Notes: generated by a model not told the origin, from the sequence alone. Counted from the first letter of the stretch, positions 40,189 to 49,979 are shown. The stretch: 53,607 nucleotides of DNA from Nitrospiraceae bacterium UBA2166 (GCA_002328825.1 DCWI01000037.1:1-53607), one strand, 5' to 3'. Made by a program: numbers and translations.

Positions 40189-41778
40189 ATGAACTCTACT
40201 TCTAGAATCAATGCAACGGTGAGTTCTGTTCTCTATGTTTGGCTGCCTTGCAAGAGAGTCTATCCTCTCGGTCCGGTAACTCTGGCTGATCATGTCCATC
40301 GTCATCATTGCAACGTTAGGCAAAAACTTCTCGATCTATCTGTTGTTTCACAATCAGACTGCGTGCATGTGTTGCGTGATGAAGTCCGAGATATGAGGCC
40401 AGACCTTGTCTGCTTTTCGTGGAGGGATATTCAAATTTATTCTCCTCACGAAGGGGATGATTCTCTTGAATATGCGTTTCGTTTTTTCTACGCACGTAAT
40501 CCAATTAAGCGGATTGTCGCATCATTAAAAGGTTTGAAGTTTGTCTATACGTATTACCGTGGTATTCAATCAAACATTTCGTTGTTATGGATGATCAATC
40601 GAGAATTTCCTGAGATTCGTATGATGATTGGAGGTGGGGCATTCAGCGCGTTTTCAGATCAACTGATCGAGAAACTTCCTGAAGGTGTCATCGGAGTACT
40701 GGGTGAAGGAGAAGATGCTGTTTTAAAAATGGTTGAAGGAAGCTCACTTGATGAAACATCCGGCGAACGGATTGTTTTTCGCCGAGGGAGCCAGATTATC
40801 AAGGGAAAGAAATCTGTTCCAACGAAAATCCAAGGAGCATCAATGGATGTTTCCTATATCAGTTCGATCTTTCCCCAACGCCGGTTCTATCAGGGTAAGC
40901 TGGCAACAATTGGCGTACAAACGAAGAGGGGGTGTCCCTACGATTGCCAATTTTGTTTGTATCCCTATCTTGAAGGGCGTCGTGTGCGATATCGATCAGC
41001 AGAAAAAGTAGTTGCCGAGATTTTGCAATACTATCATCAGTGGGGTGTGCGTCGGTTTTGGTTTACTGACTCTCAGTTCATTACTGGGCATGAGGCATAT
41101 CCTCAATGTGTTGATATTTTGGAACGGATTATCGCAGAAAAACTTGATATTGAATGGTCTGGCTATATTCGTACCAGTCTTATTTCAAAAGATTTGGCAA
41201 ATTTGATGGTTCGGTCTGGTGTTGGGGATCTTGAAGTAGCGATCACTTCTGGATCACAGACGATCATTAACGGGCTCAAAATGGGGTTTCGATTGGATTC
41301 GTTGTATCAAGGGTGTCGTTATCTTAAAGAAGCGGGATTCAAAGGGAAGATCATTCTTAACTTCTCATTAAATTCACCTGGAGAGACAGAGCAGACGTTA
41401 TTGGAGAGTGTTGATGGATATGAAGCTATTGTTAAGATCCTTGGTGAAGAGCAAGTTTATCCGATGTTATTTTTCTTAGGCATTCAACCAAATACTGGAC
41501 TTGAAAAGCGTTTATTGGAAGAAGGATATTTATCGCAGGGCTACAACCCCCTTCACCTTACGCCTCAAAACATTAAGAAGCTTCTGTATAATCCGGCACC
41601 GTTTAATAAAGTGATTGCGCAAGCATGTCTTGGTGCGTGGGACACAACACGCAAGCGGAAATCTCAGCTGACTGCGACGCAGTATGCTGATTCGAATCTT
41701 GCCAAAGGATTGGAATCTAAGTCAGGGAGAGACGTCTTGCTCATGCTTGGGAAAATCCTTCACTCCAGGCGCACGTAG
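40189..41778 (+). CDS. Radical SAM protein with N-terminal B12-binding-like domain
   Basis: CPYDCQFC (CxxxCxxC) cluster motif about 230 aa into the protein. The N-terminal alpha/beta domain resembles class-B radical SAM enzymes. The ORF is open from TTG 40147, which abuts the ubiE stop. Confidence 0.8.
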   Translation: MNSTSRINATVSSVLYVWLPCKRVYPLGPVTLADHVHRHHCNVRQKLLDLSVVSQSDCVHVLRDEVRDMRPDLVCFSWRDIQIYSPHEGDDSLEYAFRFFYARNPIKRIVASLKGLKFVYTYYRGIQSNISLLWMINREFPEIRMMIGGGAFSAFSDQLIEKLPEGVIGVLGEGEDAVLKMVEGSSLDETSGERIVFRRGSQIIKGKKSVPTKIQGASMDVSYISSIFPQRRFYQGKLATIGVQTKRGCPYDCQFCLYPYLEGRRVRYRSAEKVVAEILQYYHQWGVRRFWFTDSQFITGHEAYPQCVDILERIIAEKLDIEWSGYIRTSLISKDLANLMVRSGVGDLEVAITSGSQTIINGLKMGFRLDSLYQGCRYLKEAGFKGKIILNFSLNSPGETEQTLLESVDGYEAIVKILGEEQVYPMLFFLGIQPNTGLEKRLLEEGYLSQGYNPLHLTPQNIKKLLYNPAPFNKVIAQACLGAWDTTRKRKSQLTATQYADSNLAKGLESKSGRDVLLMLGKILHSRRT

Positions 41779-41903
41779 CATCCAGTATTTGATTGTTTGG
41801 GTAGTTGTTGTAACAACGTGTGATTCGTGTGACGTGAGTAGTCCGTGTGTCAAAAAACACTCGTATCTTTCTAGGGATGACTTTGATTTTTACTGTCTTT
41901 TCT

Positions 41904-42515
41904 TTATTGGGCGACAGTTTTATCAGCGTGATTTATCTCGATGAGGCTGAGGGGAACTGTCGGTAAATTCACTATTGCTGCTTCTGACGTTACGCGCGTT
42001 TCGAACAGATTCTCAACTGTTAATGTTGCGGTAATGCGATTGGTACAATTATCTAAGAGAGTAAAGAAAGTCCAGTTTTGGAGTGCAAGTGTCTCACCCG
42101 ATTGAGGCCCCCTTCCGATTGAAAACTCGCTGTCAGTAATTCTCACATTAAATAAGCAGGGGGCCTCTTGGAAAAGCTGACAAGGCTCCAAGTTAATCTT
42201 CCCGCGGGCAGTTTTGGCATTAGAGCTTATGGAAATTGTCAATATAGAGTCGGTGGTCATGTCGAATCGTATGACTACCGTATCCTCATCAAGTGTGCCA
42301 TGAAATATGCTGCCATCAGAAAAAGGAAAGCTTAATCCTTCAATCGAAGCTAAGGTTTGTGTATTGTTCGCACCTATAATGTTGTTGGTAGTGCTTCTCA
42401 CACATGGTGTTTCGCTCTCCTCATTGCTATTGTCCACTCCGCATCCGGAAAACGAAGAGAGTATTGTAATAATGCACGTTATTAGTATGCGCATGATTAG
42501 CGATTGTGTTTTCAA
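41904..42515 (-). CDS. Hypothetical lipoprotein
   Basis: Signal peptide with lipobox LSSFSGC. I recognise no family. Confidence 0.6.
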   Translation of the reverse strand: MKTQSLIMRILITCIITILSSFSGCGVDNSNEESETPCVRSTTNNIIGANNTQTLASIEGLSFPFSDGSIFHGTLDEDTVVIRFDMTTDSILTISISSNAKTARGKINLEPCQLFQEAPCLFNVRITDSEFSIGRGPQSGETLALQNWTFFTLLDNCTNRITATLTVENLFETRVTSEAAIVNLPTVPLSLIEINHADKTVAQ

Positions 42516-42576
42516 TATTGTCCAGTAAGTGGGGAAAGGGTGCGTGAAAAGTAGAGGACTTTCACGTCGTCTTATC

Positions 42577-43137
42577 TTAGGTGGGGTTTTCTATGGTATG
42601 GGTGCTAGGTAATTCAGTGTCTGAAAGATTAGTTCCTGTAAGTTTTGCCAGAGCAATATTGGTTTCACTTAGGTCAGCTTCACTTAAGTCAGCATGTGTG
42701 AAATTTGCACTGTTGACATCGGATCCACGAATGTTGGCAAAGTTCATAGTCGCGTAAACAAAGCGTGTTTTTCGAAGATTAGCAAAGCTAATATCAGCAA
42801 GATTGAGATTAGCATGTTCTAGGTCAGCTCCTTCTAGGTTTGCTTCACGTAGGTTTGCGGAGTGAAGATTAGCTTTGCTAAGGTTGACATGGGAAAGGTT
42901 TGTTTCACTGAGATTAGCCAATCGTAGACTAGGAATAGTCCCTCCTGAACTGACATATCGATTCCAAGCTTGAATGCCTGAATGCCCTCCAAGTAGTAGC
43001 TTCATGGCTTCAGCATAGGTTAATGGTATCTGGTCTTGGTTTAGCTGGAAATCAGTAGAGTGGCGATGGGGCTCTTGGTTTGTGGAGCTCACCGTTACCT
43101 TGAAAAGGTTTGCAATCCATTGAACAAATGAAGACAT
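42577..43137 (-). CDS. Pentapeptide-repeat protein
   Basis: The C-terminal ~120 aa are tandem A(D/N)LxX pentapeptides (ANLSETNLSHVNLSKANLHSANLREANLEGADLEHANL...). Confidence 0.88.
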   Translation of the reverse strand: MSSFVQWIANLFKVTVSSTNQEPHRHSTDFQLNQDQIPLTYAEAMKLLLGGHSGIQAWNRYVSSGGTIPSLRLANLSETNLSHVNLSKANLHSANLREANLEGADLEHANLNLADISFANLRKTRFVYATMNFANIRGSDVNSANFTHADLSEADLSETNIALAKLTGTNLSDTELPSTHTIENPT

Positions 43138-43539
43138 GTTATTTAGACTCTTTTCGATAAAATATCAATGCTCTGATCTTCCTTCTTTCAGAGTAGCATT
43201 GCTGCGCCCTAGTATGGTGATACCTACTCATGCTATGAGCCCTTCTTGCTGATGAGGGTTGAAGACTGACGATTGTTTTAGAAAAAAGTTGTGTTGAATT
43301 ATCAAATTTAACGTTTTTAGTGGTATTTTCTCTTTACTTTTGAGCTTAGCGTGAAGCAGAAAGCTTGGGTGCATTATGTGTGTCGTAGATGACACACATA
43401 ATAACATCTTATTGTGCAAACAAAAGTTGGATATCATACAATACATGTTTGATCTGTCAGTCAGCCGGGTTTTTCTCTTCAAGGTATTTTGTCTTTCCCC
43501 ATCTGTGTGTCTATCTCTGATAGACAGAGAGAGGTGTGA

Positions 43540-44823
43540 GTGGACAATCTGAGATCTTGCTTAGGTATTGTTGCCATATTCTTGATCGCCTATTTGCTTT
43601 CTGAAAATAGGAAACACATTTCTTTTCGATTTCTTGTCAGCGGATTGGTCCTTCAGTTTGTAATTGCGATTCTCTTGCTTAAAGTTCCTCTCGTTTCGTC
43701 CCTCTTTCAAGGCGTGGCCTATTTGGTCAATGAGTTAATCGGGAAGGCTGATGCCGGAATCCTATTTGTGTTTGGAGAGCATTTGGGGGATCCGCGTGGT
43801 CCAGTAGGGTCTGTCTTTGCCATACGGGTATTGCCGATCATTGTCTTTTTCTCATCACTTATTTCAGTTCTTTATTATCTTAATGTGATGCAAACAATTA
43901 TCTCAGGGGTGGCGTGGGTGTTACGTCGCACACTCCGTATTACGGGGATGGAAGCAACGGTATTATCTGCAAATGTTTTTGTTGGGCAGATTGAAGCGCC
44001 GCTCTGTATCAAACCGTATATTGCAAAACTTACTCGATCACAAATTGCCACCTTGATGGTGAGCGGGTTTGCAACTATTGCAGGAACCGTGCTCGTCGCC
44101 TATGTTACTTTTTTGGGTGGGTATGGGGGCGAGGATAATTCGCAACGTATTTTCTTTCTCACCCATATTCTGACGGCAAGCGTGATGTCTGCTCCAGCTG
44201 CATTTATTGCGGCAAAAATGCTTGTCCCTGAAACGGAGGTGCCTTTTGATCTAAGTTCGCATGCGGTTTATGAGATTAAGCGAGGACACAATCTTTTTGA
44301 CGCGGCTGCAATTGGTGCGACTGATGGCTTAAAACTTGCCGCGAATATCGCTGCTATGCTTTTGGCATATGTTTCGCTCCTTGCGTTGATTAATTGGCCA
44401 GTAGAAAAAATTGGAGCGATGCTATTTGGAGATACTATTCAGCTGAGCATCCAATCATTGCTGGGGTGGATTTTACAGCCTATTGCATGGTTGATTGGCG
44501 TTTCTTCACACGATGCAAGTATTGTGGGTCGTTTAGTGGGGGAAAAAATCATTTTGACGGAATTCATCGCATACAAATCTCTTGGGGCTCTAATATACGA
44601 TCAGTCGGGACCTAGGCTTTCCGAACGAAGCATTGTGATTGCAACCTATGCGTTGTGCGGGTTTGCAAATTTTGCGTCGATTGCGATTCAGATTGGTGCG
44701 TTGACATCGCTAGCGCCGGTACAGCGTACGACTATTGTTGAACTTGGCTTTAAAACCATGCTAGGTGGAGTGCTTGCATCACTCATGACTGCTTCGATTG
44801 TGGGTGTGTTATGGACAGTGTAA
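43540..44823 (+). CDS. nupC: NupC/NupG-type concentrative nucleoside transporter
   Basis: 427 aa, multi-TM. The N-terminus (GIVAIFLIAYLLSENRK.ISFR) and later motifs are typical of the CNT/NupC family. GTG start follows GAGAGG. Confidence 0.88.
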   Translation: MDNLRSCLGIVAIFLIAYLLSENRKHISFRFLVSGLVLQFVIAILLLKVPLVSSLFQGVAYLVNELIGKADAGILFVFGEHLGDPRGPVGSVFAIRVLPIIVFFSSLISVLYYLNVMQTIISGVAWVLRRTLRITGMEATVLSANVFVGQIEAPLCIKPYIAKLTRSQIATLMVSGFATIAGTVLVAYVTFLGGYGGEDNSQRIFFLTHILTASVMSAPAAFIAAKMLVPETEVPFDLSSHAVYEIKRGHNLFDAAAIGATDGLKLAANIAAMLLAYVSLLALINWPVEKIGAMLFGDTIQLSIQSLLGWILQPIAWLIGVSSHDASIVGRLVGEKIILTEFIAYKSLGALIYDQSGPRLSERSIVIATYALCGFANFASIAIQIGALTSLAPVQRTTIVELGFKTMLGGVLASLMTASIVGVLWTV

Positions 44824-45229
44824 GTCACAAGCCTGGGTTGATTTGTTCCATGCTATTTTTCGATGGGGTGATGAGATTCACAGTATGATCTATTCTTTCG
44901 GTGTGGTATGAGGCTTTCTTGTAGCAAGCTGATCTTCTCAGTCCTGATATGAGGTTTAGCCTCATCCTCTTGTAGAGATGGTGTAAGACATAAGCTTGTG
45001 TTTTCCTGATGGATTTGCTGATGAAGAAATCAATTGAGTAGGAGCTTCTCTGCGATCGTGGCGAGTGAATTGTTTTGGGGAATCCGAAATTTTTAACACA
45101 AGAGGTTAGGCAGAGGTCGGTTGTCATGCTAATATTCGGCACTGTGGAGGTTGATTGGCCTTTGTATTAATAACACTGATCTTCCCTTCTTTGCTGATTG
45201 CAAAAGGCTCTGTACATGGTATATGAAAC

Positions 45230-45757
45230 ATGTCATACGGCAGTGATGACATAGACGCCGGAGTATGTGAACGCCACGTTGTGCTGGTTAGGCCAGAAAT
45301 TCATTGGAATACTGGCAACATTGGCCGCACCTGTCTGGCTACGGGTTCGTTTCTGCATGTAGTCAAACCAATGAGCTTTTCTCTGGATAGTCGAGAAGTA
45401 AAGCGTGCAGGTTTGGACTATTGGAAAAACGTAAAGCTACACCTTTGGGAAGATTTTGACTGTTTCATCAATGGCATGGAACCTGACGATGGTGAGATTA
45501 TGGTTCTCTCAAAACGAGGTGCTACCCCATTTTGGCTGATGCCGAGGCCAGCTAGGCTTTTTCTCATTTTTGGTTCTGAAACTCGGGGGTTACCTGAAGA
45601 TATTTTTCAACAATATGCAAAGGCGACATTCTATATCCCAATCACTGCTGGGATACGCTCGCTCAATTTATCTACTGCAGCGGGTATTGCGCTCTATGAA
45701 AGCCTCAGGTTTTCGAAACCCTTTCATGCATGGTCGGCCTCTGCTGGTGATAGGTGA
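45230..45757 (+). CDS. trmL: tRNA (cytidine/uridine-2'-O-)-methyltransferase TrmL (SpoU family)
   Basis: Short SPOUT protein. EIHWNTGNIGRTC...LIFGSETRGLP...IPI...RSLNLSTAAGIALYE. Confidence 0.88.
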   Translation: MSYGSDDIDAGVCERHVVLVRPEIHWNTGNIGRTCLATGSFLHVVKPMSFSLDSREVKRAGLDYWKNVKLHLWEDFDCFINGMEPDDGEIMVLSKRGATPFWLMPRPARLFLIFGSETRGLPEDIFQQYAKATFYIPITAGIRSLNLSTAAGIALYESLRFSKPFHAWSASAGDR

Positions 45758-45972
45758 GAAATGAGTTGTAAGTAAGAAAAGCATAGCCTGTGGAAATATT
45801 TTTTGTGTTGTTCATGTTGATTGTCCAAAGTGTTGAATGCAAGACGAATAGTCTAGGGTGACAATGCTAAGTAGGCACAGCCTCTCTTTAACATGACATG
45901 ATGGGTGATAGGGCTAGGATTAAACTGAAAGTCTTCCTTGTATGAAGAAAAAATGTTGCGTGGTTGTATGCG

Positions 45973-46689
45973 TTACTTCGACGCAGATTGCTTGTTTGTC
46001 TTCTTAGCATCGTTATTACTGCCAGAAACTCTTGCTATCGAAATTTTTGCGACCGGGTTTCTCCAGTCTTGCTCTGATGCGATGAGGTCGTTGATGCCAT
46101 GAATTCCGGCATGAACATGGATAAAACCTTCACCTCCATCGTTAGGGGAGGCACCCTCTCCACCACAAGTGAATCCTGGAATTGATTCACAACTCTCATC
46201 ATTAGGCTCACTTCCTGCATCATACGCGATAGCGGTTGAAATCCTAGTTTTATTGCCTTTAGGAAGTTTGATCCCCTGTATGGCAAAGAAGGCATCATTT
46301 GTTGGGATTAGCATGGCAGCGGCGGAAATTCGAGAGTAAAGCTCGTCGCCCATTACATTGATCGTTGTACTCTCCCCAGGCCCTAGAAGACCCTCTGAGT
46401 TCTGAATGTCAAATACTTCATCAGAATTTTGAAGAACAAGTGACATGGGAGTAACGTCACCATCCTCTGCCAAGAGTGATAAGGCTGTACTTGGGGGTGA
46501 TCCTGCGGTAAACATAGCGAAGTTTTTCAAATGGCTTAAAACGAGGATGGGAGTAAATGATTGTCCTCGGGTGAGATTTGTGATTGTGACCGCATAGGTC
46601 TCTGCAGTTTGGGCCATGGCAAGTGAAGGAATGCCGCTGATTAATATTAATATAACGGTGGCAAATGTTTTGAGGATTAATTTCCTCAT
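45973..46689 (-). CDS. Secreted Spondin_N-like domain protein
   Basis: Signal peptide MRKLILKTFATVILILISGIPSLAMA. YAVTITNLTRGQSFTPILVLSH...MLIPTNDAFF resembles bacterial Spondin_N domain proteins. The ORF is open to 46764. Confidence 0.7.
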   Translation of the reverse strand: MRKLILKTFATVILILISGIPSLAMAQTAETYAVTITNLTRGQSFTPILVLSHLKNFAMFTAGSPPSTALSLLAEDGDVTPMSLVLQNSDEVFDIQNSEGLLGPGESTTINVMGDELYSRISAAAMLIPTNDAFFAIQGIKLPKGNKTRISTAIAYDAGSEPNDESCESIPGFTCGGEGASPNDGGEGFIHVHAGIHGINDLIASEQDWRNPVAKISIARVSGSNNDAKKTNKQSASK

Positions 46690-46768
46690 GGTGTCCTTCC
46701 TTTTAGCAGCCGTGCTGAGTAAGGGGTGCAATGTTTCTTGGAGAGGAAGTATGTTTTTCAACAATCGG

Positions 46769-47590
46769 CTAACATTTTCTTAATGGAACCCACGGTTCGT
46801 TCAATCCCACTTGACGGCAAGTGGAAAAGACCTGTTCAATCGCACGTTTGAGTGGTTCAGCCTGGTGTGTTAGTACACGGTAGATTCCATAGTCTTGGCC
46901 TATTTTACTGTATCCGGAGACACTTTGCTGTGCCACGGGAAATGTTTCCAGCAAGTCAAAACTATCTTTGAGTCTCGAGGATTCAAGACCTATGTAGATT
47001 GTTCCCGTATATGGGTAGTCTTCGAAACTTCCTATTTCGCTTGGTGCGTGGTCTTTAGGCTGTAGTAGCATTTTGTCGAGGATGATGCTGTGATCTGTGG
47101 TGCGAATGTGGACCTCGCTTTGAAATTTTCGAAATTGAAATTGTTCTCCTCGTGCGATACGACCAGCACTGAAGAGGTCGGCAAGTACCACAGTGGATCC
47201 GGATGCCATGATAACATCAGTTGATTGTTCATAGTCGGCATCGGTAAACAGAATCGTTTGGTCCGGTAAATATTCAAAACTGCTATTTTTTTCAAGAAGG
47301 CAGTGGAGTGATTGTCGGCTTTGTTGTCCAGGTGTTTTGTATACCTTTGTCGCAGCTTGAGTGGTGAGAAATACTTTGCAGTGTGGTCCGAGGCGAACGT
47401 TGATGTTCAGGTGGTCCCCACCGACGATGCCGCCCGTCGGAGTTAAAACATAGACGTATGCTCTGCCTTGAGAATCAAAGTAGTAGGGGCGAAAACATTG
47501 TAGAGGGACATGAAACTGAGAATGGACAAGTTCGGTTCTATTGTTGCGTAGTTCAAATTCCAGATCAAGGGTGCCGTACTGACCTATCAT
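46769..47590 (-). CDS. ureD: Urease accessory protein UreD (UreH)
   Basis: UreD-like sequence ([17 protein letters not shown]..., [10 protein letters not shown]). The ATG at 47590 overlaps the ureG TGA (ATGA). The ORF is open to 47638. Confidence 0.88.
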   Translation of the reverse strand: MIGQYGTLDLEFELRNNRTELVHSQFHVPLQCFRPYYFDSQGRAYVYVLTPTGGIVGGDHLNINVRLGPHCKVFLTTQAATKVYKTPGQQSRQSLHCLLEKNSSFEYLPDQTILFTDADYEQSTDVIMASGSTVVLADLFSAGRIARGEQFQFRKFQSEVHIRTTDHSIILDKMLLQPKDHAPSEIGSFEDYPYTGTIYIGLESSRLKDSFDLLETFPVAQQSVSGYSKIGQDYGIYRVLTHQAEPLKRAIEQVFSTCRQVGLNEPWVPLRKC

Positions 47591-48204
47591 TGGGTGTTTG
47601 GCGTAGGAGAGGGCGATTGGATGGTTGAGTGGATCCACTTGACGATTTTTGCAACACCGTTTCCATGTTTGAGGTCGGTCATTACGTAGGGCTTTTCTTT
47701 GCGCATTATTTTTGTATCTCGTTCCATGACATCGAGTGATGCCTCTACCATTGGGGCAAGGTCAATTTTGTTAATGACCAGCAAGTCGGATTTGGTAATG
47801 CCAGGTCCCCCTTTCCTTGGAATTTTGTCGCCCCCAGCTACGTCGATCACGTAAATGGTGATGTCGGCCAATTCTCGACTGAATGTGGCGGCCAAATTGT
47901 CCCCTCCACTTTCGATAAAAATGATGTCAAGTAAAGGAAATTGGTTTTGAAGAGTGTCGATCGCTTCTAGGTTAAGGGATGCATCTTCGCGGACCGCGGT
48001 GTGCGGGCATCCCCCTGTTTCCACCGCAATGATTCGTTCTTGAGGAAGGGCATTGCTTCGAATTAGAAATTCGGCATCTTCTCGTGTAAATATGTCATTT
48101 GTGACAACCCCAAGTTCGACTGTCGCTCGCATCGCTTTGCAGAGTTGATCGAGCAACGCCGTTTTTCCAGATCCTACCGGACCTCCAACTCCAATTCGTA
48201 GCAC
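47587..48204 (-). CDS. ureG: Urease accessory GTPase UreG
   Basis: [16 protein letters not shown]...[14 protein letters not shown]...[15 protein letters not shown]...ESGGDNL...INKIDLAP is canonical UreG. Confidence 0.96.
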   Translation of the reverse strand: MLRIGVGGPVGSGKTALLDQLCKAMRATVELGVVTNDIFTREDAEFLIRSNALPQERIIAVETGGCPHTAVREDASLNLEAIDTLQNQFPLLDIIFIESGGDNLAATFSRELADITIYVIDVAGGDKIPRKGGPGITKSDLLVINKIDLAPMVEASLDVMERDTKIMRKEKPYVMTDLKHGNGVAKIVKWIHSTIQSPSPTPNTQ

Positions 48205-48219
48205 CTGATATTCTCCCCT

Positions 48220-48903
48220 TTACGTAATGAATAATCGTGAATAACTCTTCTCATGCGCCATCAGTCTTATATCGAGGCCTGGGCTTGATGGCGCTAGATC
48301 TTCAGCGCGACGAGAAAGAATCGAGTCGGAAACTTCAGCGAGTAACGGCAGTTGACTGGTGATCTGTTGTTGGCCCTCAATTGGTCCGATGATTCGCAGC
48401 CGAATAGCAGCGGAAACTACGGTACTCAACCAAGTGTAAAGAAAGACTTGGATGCATTCTTTTTGTGAGATGTTGAGGTGGGCGCTGAGTGCTCCAAACA
48501 TAACTGCATGGTGTCCTCTAGTGCTCTTGGTCTTGACCATGGAGGCTATTTTATAGGTTTTGTGATTGGGATACACTGTTGAGATCGTTGATGTAAGTCT
48601 CCGCCCGATTTTCAAGCTTGTATCTCTCGATTCCTTTGCGAGTTTCATCGTGTGGATCATGTTATCAAAGTGGATAATTTCATCCCATCCTTGTTTCTTC
48701 GAAGAGGAGTATGATATGGAAGCGAACAGTCCATCTCCACGCCCCAAGGCAACTCGTACTGACGTTGTAGTAAATGACGATAAAGTGGCTGCATCGTGAA
48801 CTATTCCTTCTTGTGTGTAAGCTTCGAGGCCATGGGAGCAGGCGAATGCGCCTGTAGGGAAAAGGCTATCTGTGAGTTGAAAGAGACGATAGATTTCCTT
48901 CAC
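48220..48903 (-). CDS. ureF: Urease accessory protein UreF
   Basis: LFQLTDSLFPTGAFACSHGLEAY and the rest match UreF. Confidence 0.9.
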   Translation of the reverse strand: MKEIYRLFQLTDSLFPTGAFACSHGLEAYTQEGIVHDAATLSSFTTTSVRVALGRGDGLFASISYSSSKKQGWDEIIHFDNMIHTMKLAKESRDTSLKIGRRLTSTISTVYPNHKTYKIASMVKTKSTRGHHAVMFGALSAHLNISQKECIQVFLYTWLSTVVSAAIRLRIIGPIEGQQQITSQLPLLAEVSDSILSRRAEDLAPSSPGLDIRLMAHEKSYSRLFIT

Positions 48904-49864
48904 AGAAACCTCATTATTCAGTTCGATACTCAGGATACTAAGAAGCGGTGATAGTTACGGAACTGAACGTAACTGTCACTTTCTCTGCCTATCTGGACTA
49001 ATGCTATCAATTTGCTTTCTCCATGGTCAAACTGTTGAAGGCATTGTAGTAAAAATAGTGAAAGTGGACGCATGCGGTTTATTGTCAAAGGAAAGTGGGC
49101 CAAGCTTGATTGAACAATCAAGACTCTCCAGCTCTCGAGAGATGCTTACTCTAACTTTTTGTTGATGGCCTTGCGTGCTTCGCGTTTGGCAAAGATCAGA
49201 CTCTCTCTCCCATGTGTGGTATGTCGTTGGTCACCCTGAGGCATGGCGATTTTTTGCCGTCTTACTCGAGCATCATTGCGTGCCTTGTCTCTGGTCAATC
49301 CAATTGAGGTCGAAGATGCAAAACATCTTGCGGATAGACTGGATTTTGAACTTCTTCCTTCGACATCTATTGTCTTGGGGGGAGGGGAAGCAAGCAGGCA
49401 TCGAGGGATTTTTGAAGAGATGAATCTTAAAGTTCTTGATGATCTAACCCTTCTTGAAGGGCGCTTGCTTCAACTCTCCACGTAGCATGGCGTGATTGCC
49501 TTCTTGCTTTCCCCCATCTTTACAAGGTATTAGTAGGAGATATTCCTGCAAAGCTGTCTGCGCATATGAGCAGTTTAAACTGTGAGAAAAAGTGAGCTGG
49601 TGTGCTTCTCACGCAATGTGGATGTCAGGCATCGTTCTGCAGGGGGACGTCCCTGGGGATTCCATGAGACGCTTTTGGGAAACGGCGTGAGGTTTGTCAG
49701 CCTCTTGGCCTTGGCCTCTGATTCCTCTCTACCAAACTCTTGATTACAGGCATCCCAGACTTCTATTAAGTGTGGAGAGCCTGTCTGTGATCCCTAATTC
49801 GGTTCGTCCTCTACATACCATACTCCAGAGGTTCGACTTTCAGGATCGTTGGGGTATGGTGAGG

Positions 49865-49938
49865 TGGCTGGGAGGGATGGGATCGAACCATCACTGGCAG
49901 AGTCAAAGTCTGCTGGCCTACCGTTAGCCGACCTCCCA
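49865..49938 (-). tRNA. tRNA-Gln (anticodon UUG), CCA encoded
   Basis: Hand-folded cloverleaf on the minus strand. Acceptor stem is TGGGAGG/CCTCCCA (U1-A72). D arm is GGCT-AACGGTA-GGCC. Anticodon arm is GCAGA-CTTTGAC-TCTGC. T arm is GATGG-TTCGATC-CCATC. Discriminator is G, then CCA. Confidence 0.9.
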
Positions 49939-49950
49939 ATGTTTTGTCTC

Positions 49951-49979
49951 AATGTATAGAAAACGTCTGCCGGCATCAA
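49951..49979 (-). promoter_or_regulatory. Candidate sigma70-type promoter for tRNA-Gln
   Basis: On the minus strand: TTGATG (49979-49974), a 17-nt spacer, then TACATT (49956-49951). The -10 element ends 12 nt before the tRNA 5' end. Confidence 0.3.

Noticed and set aside
43228-43482. An 84-aa minus ORF in the nupC upstream region, and a 105-aa minus ORF at 44825-45142.
   Set aside because: They lie in AT-rich or intergenic sequence, have atypical composition and no RBS or family resemblance. They are probably chance ORFs.
49175-49485. Two overlapping + strand ORFs (82 and 80 aa) in the ureF-tRNA gap, plus a 32-aa minus ORF (MPQGDQRHTTHGRESLIFAKREARKAINKKLE, about 49150-49248).
   Set aside because: They are mutually overlapping, with no recognisable domains or good ribosome-binding sites. 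I cannot choose among them. They are treated as part of the coding-poor gap finding.
49790-49864. GGTTCG-containing T-loop-like words next to tRNA-Gln, considered as a partial tRNA duplication or att site.
   Set aside because: They are on the opposite strand relative to the tRNA. They do not fold into a T arm and do not repeat the tRNA 3' end.
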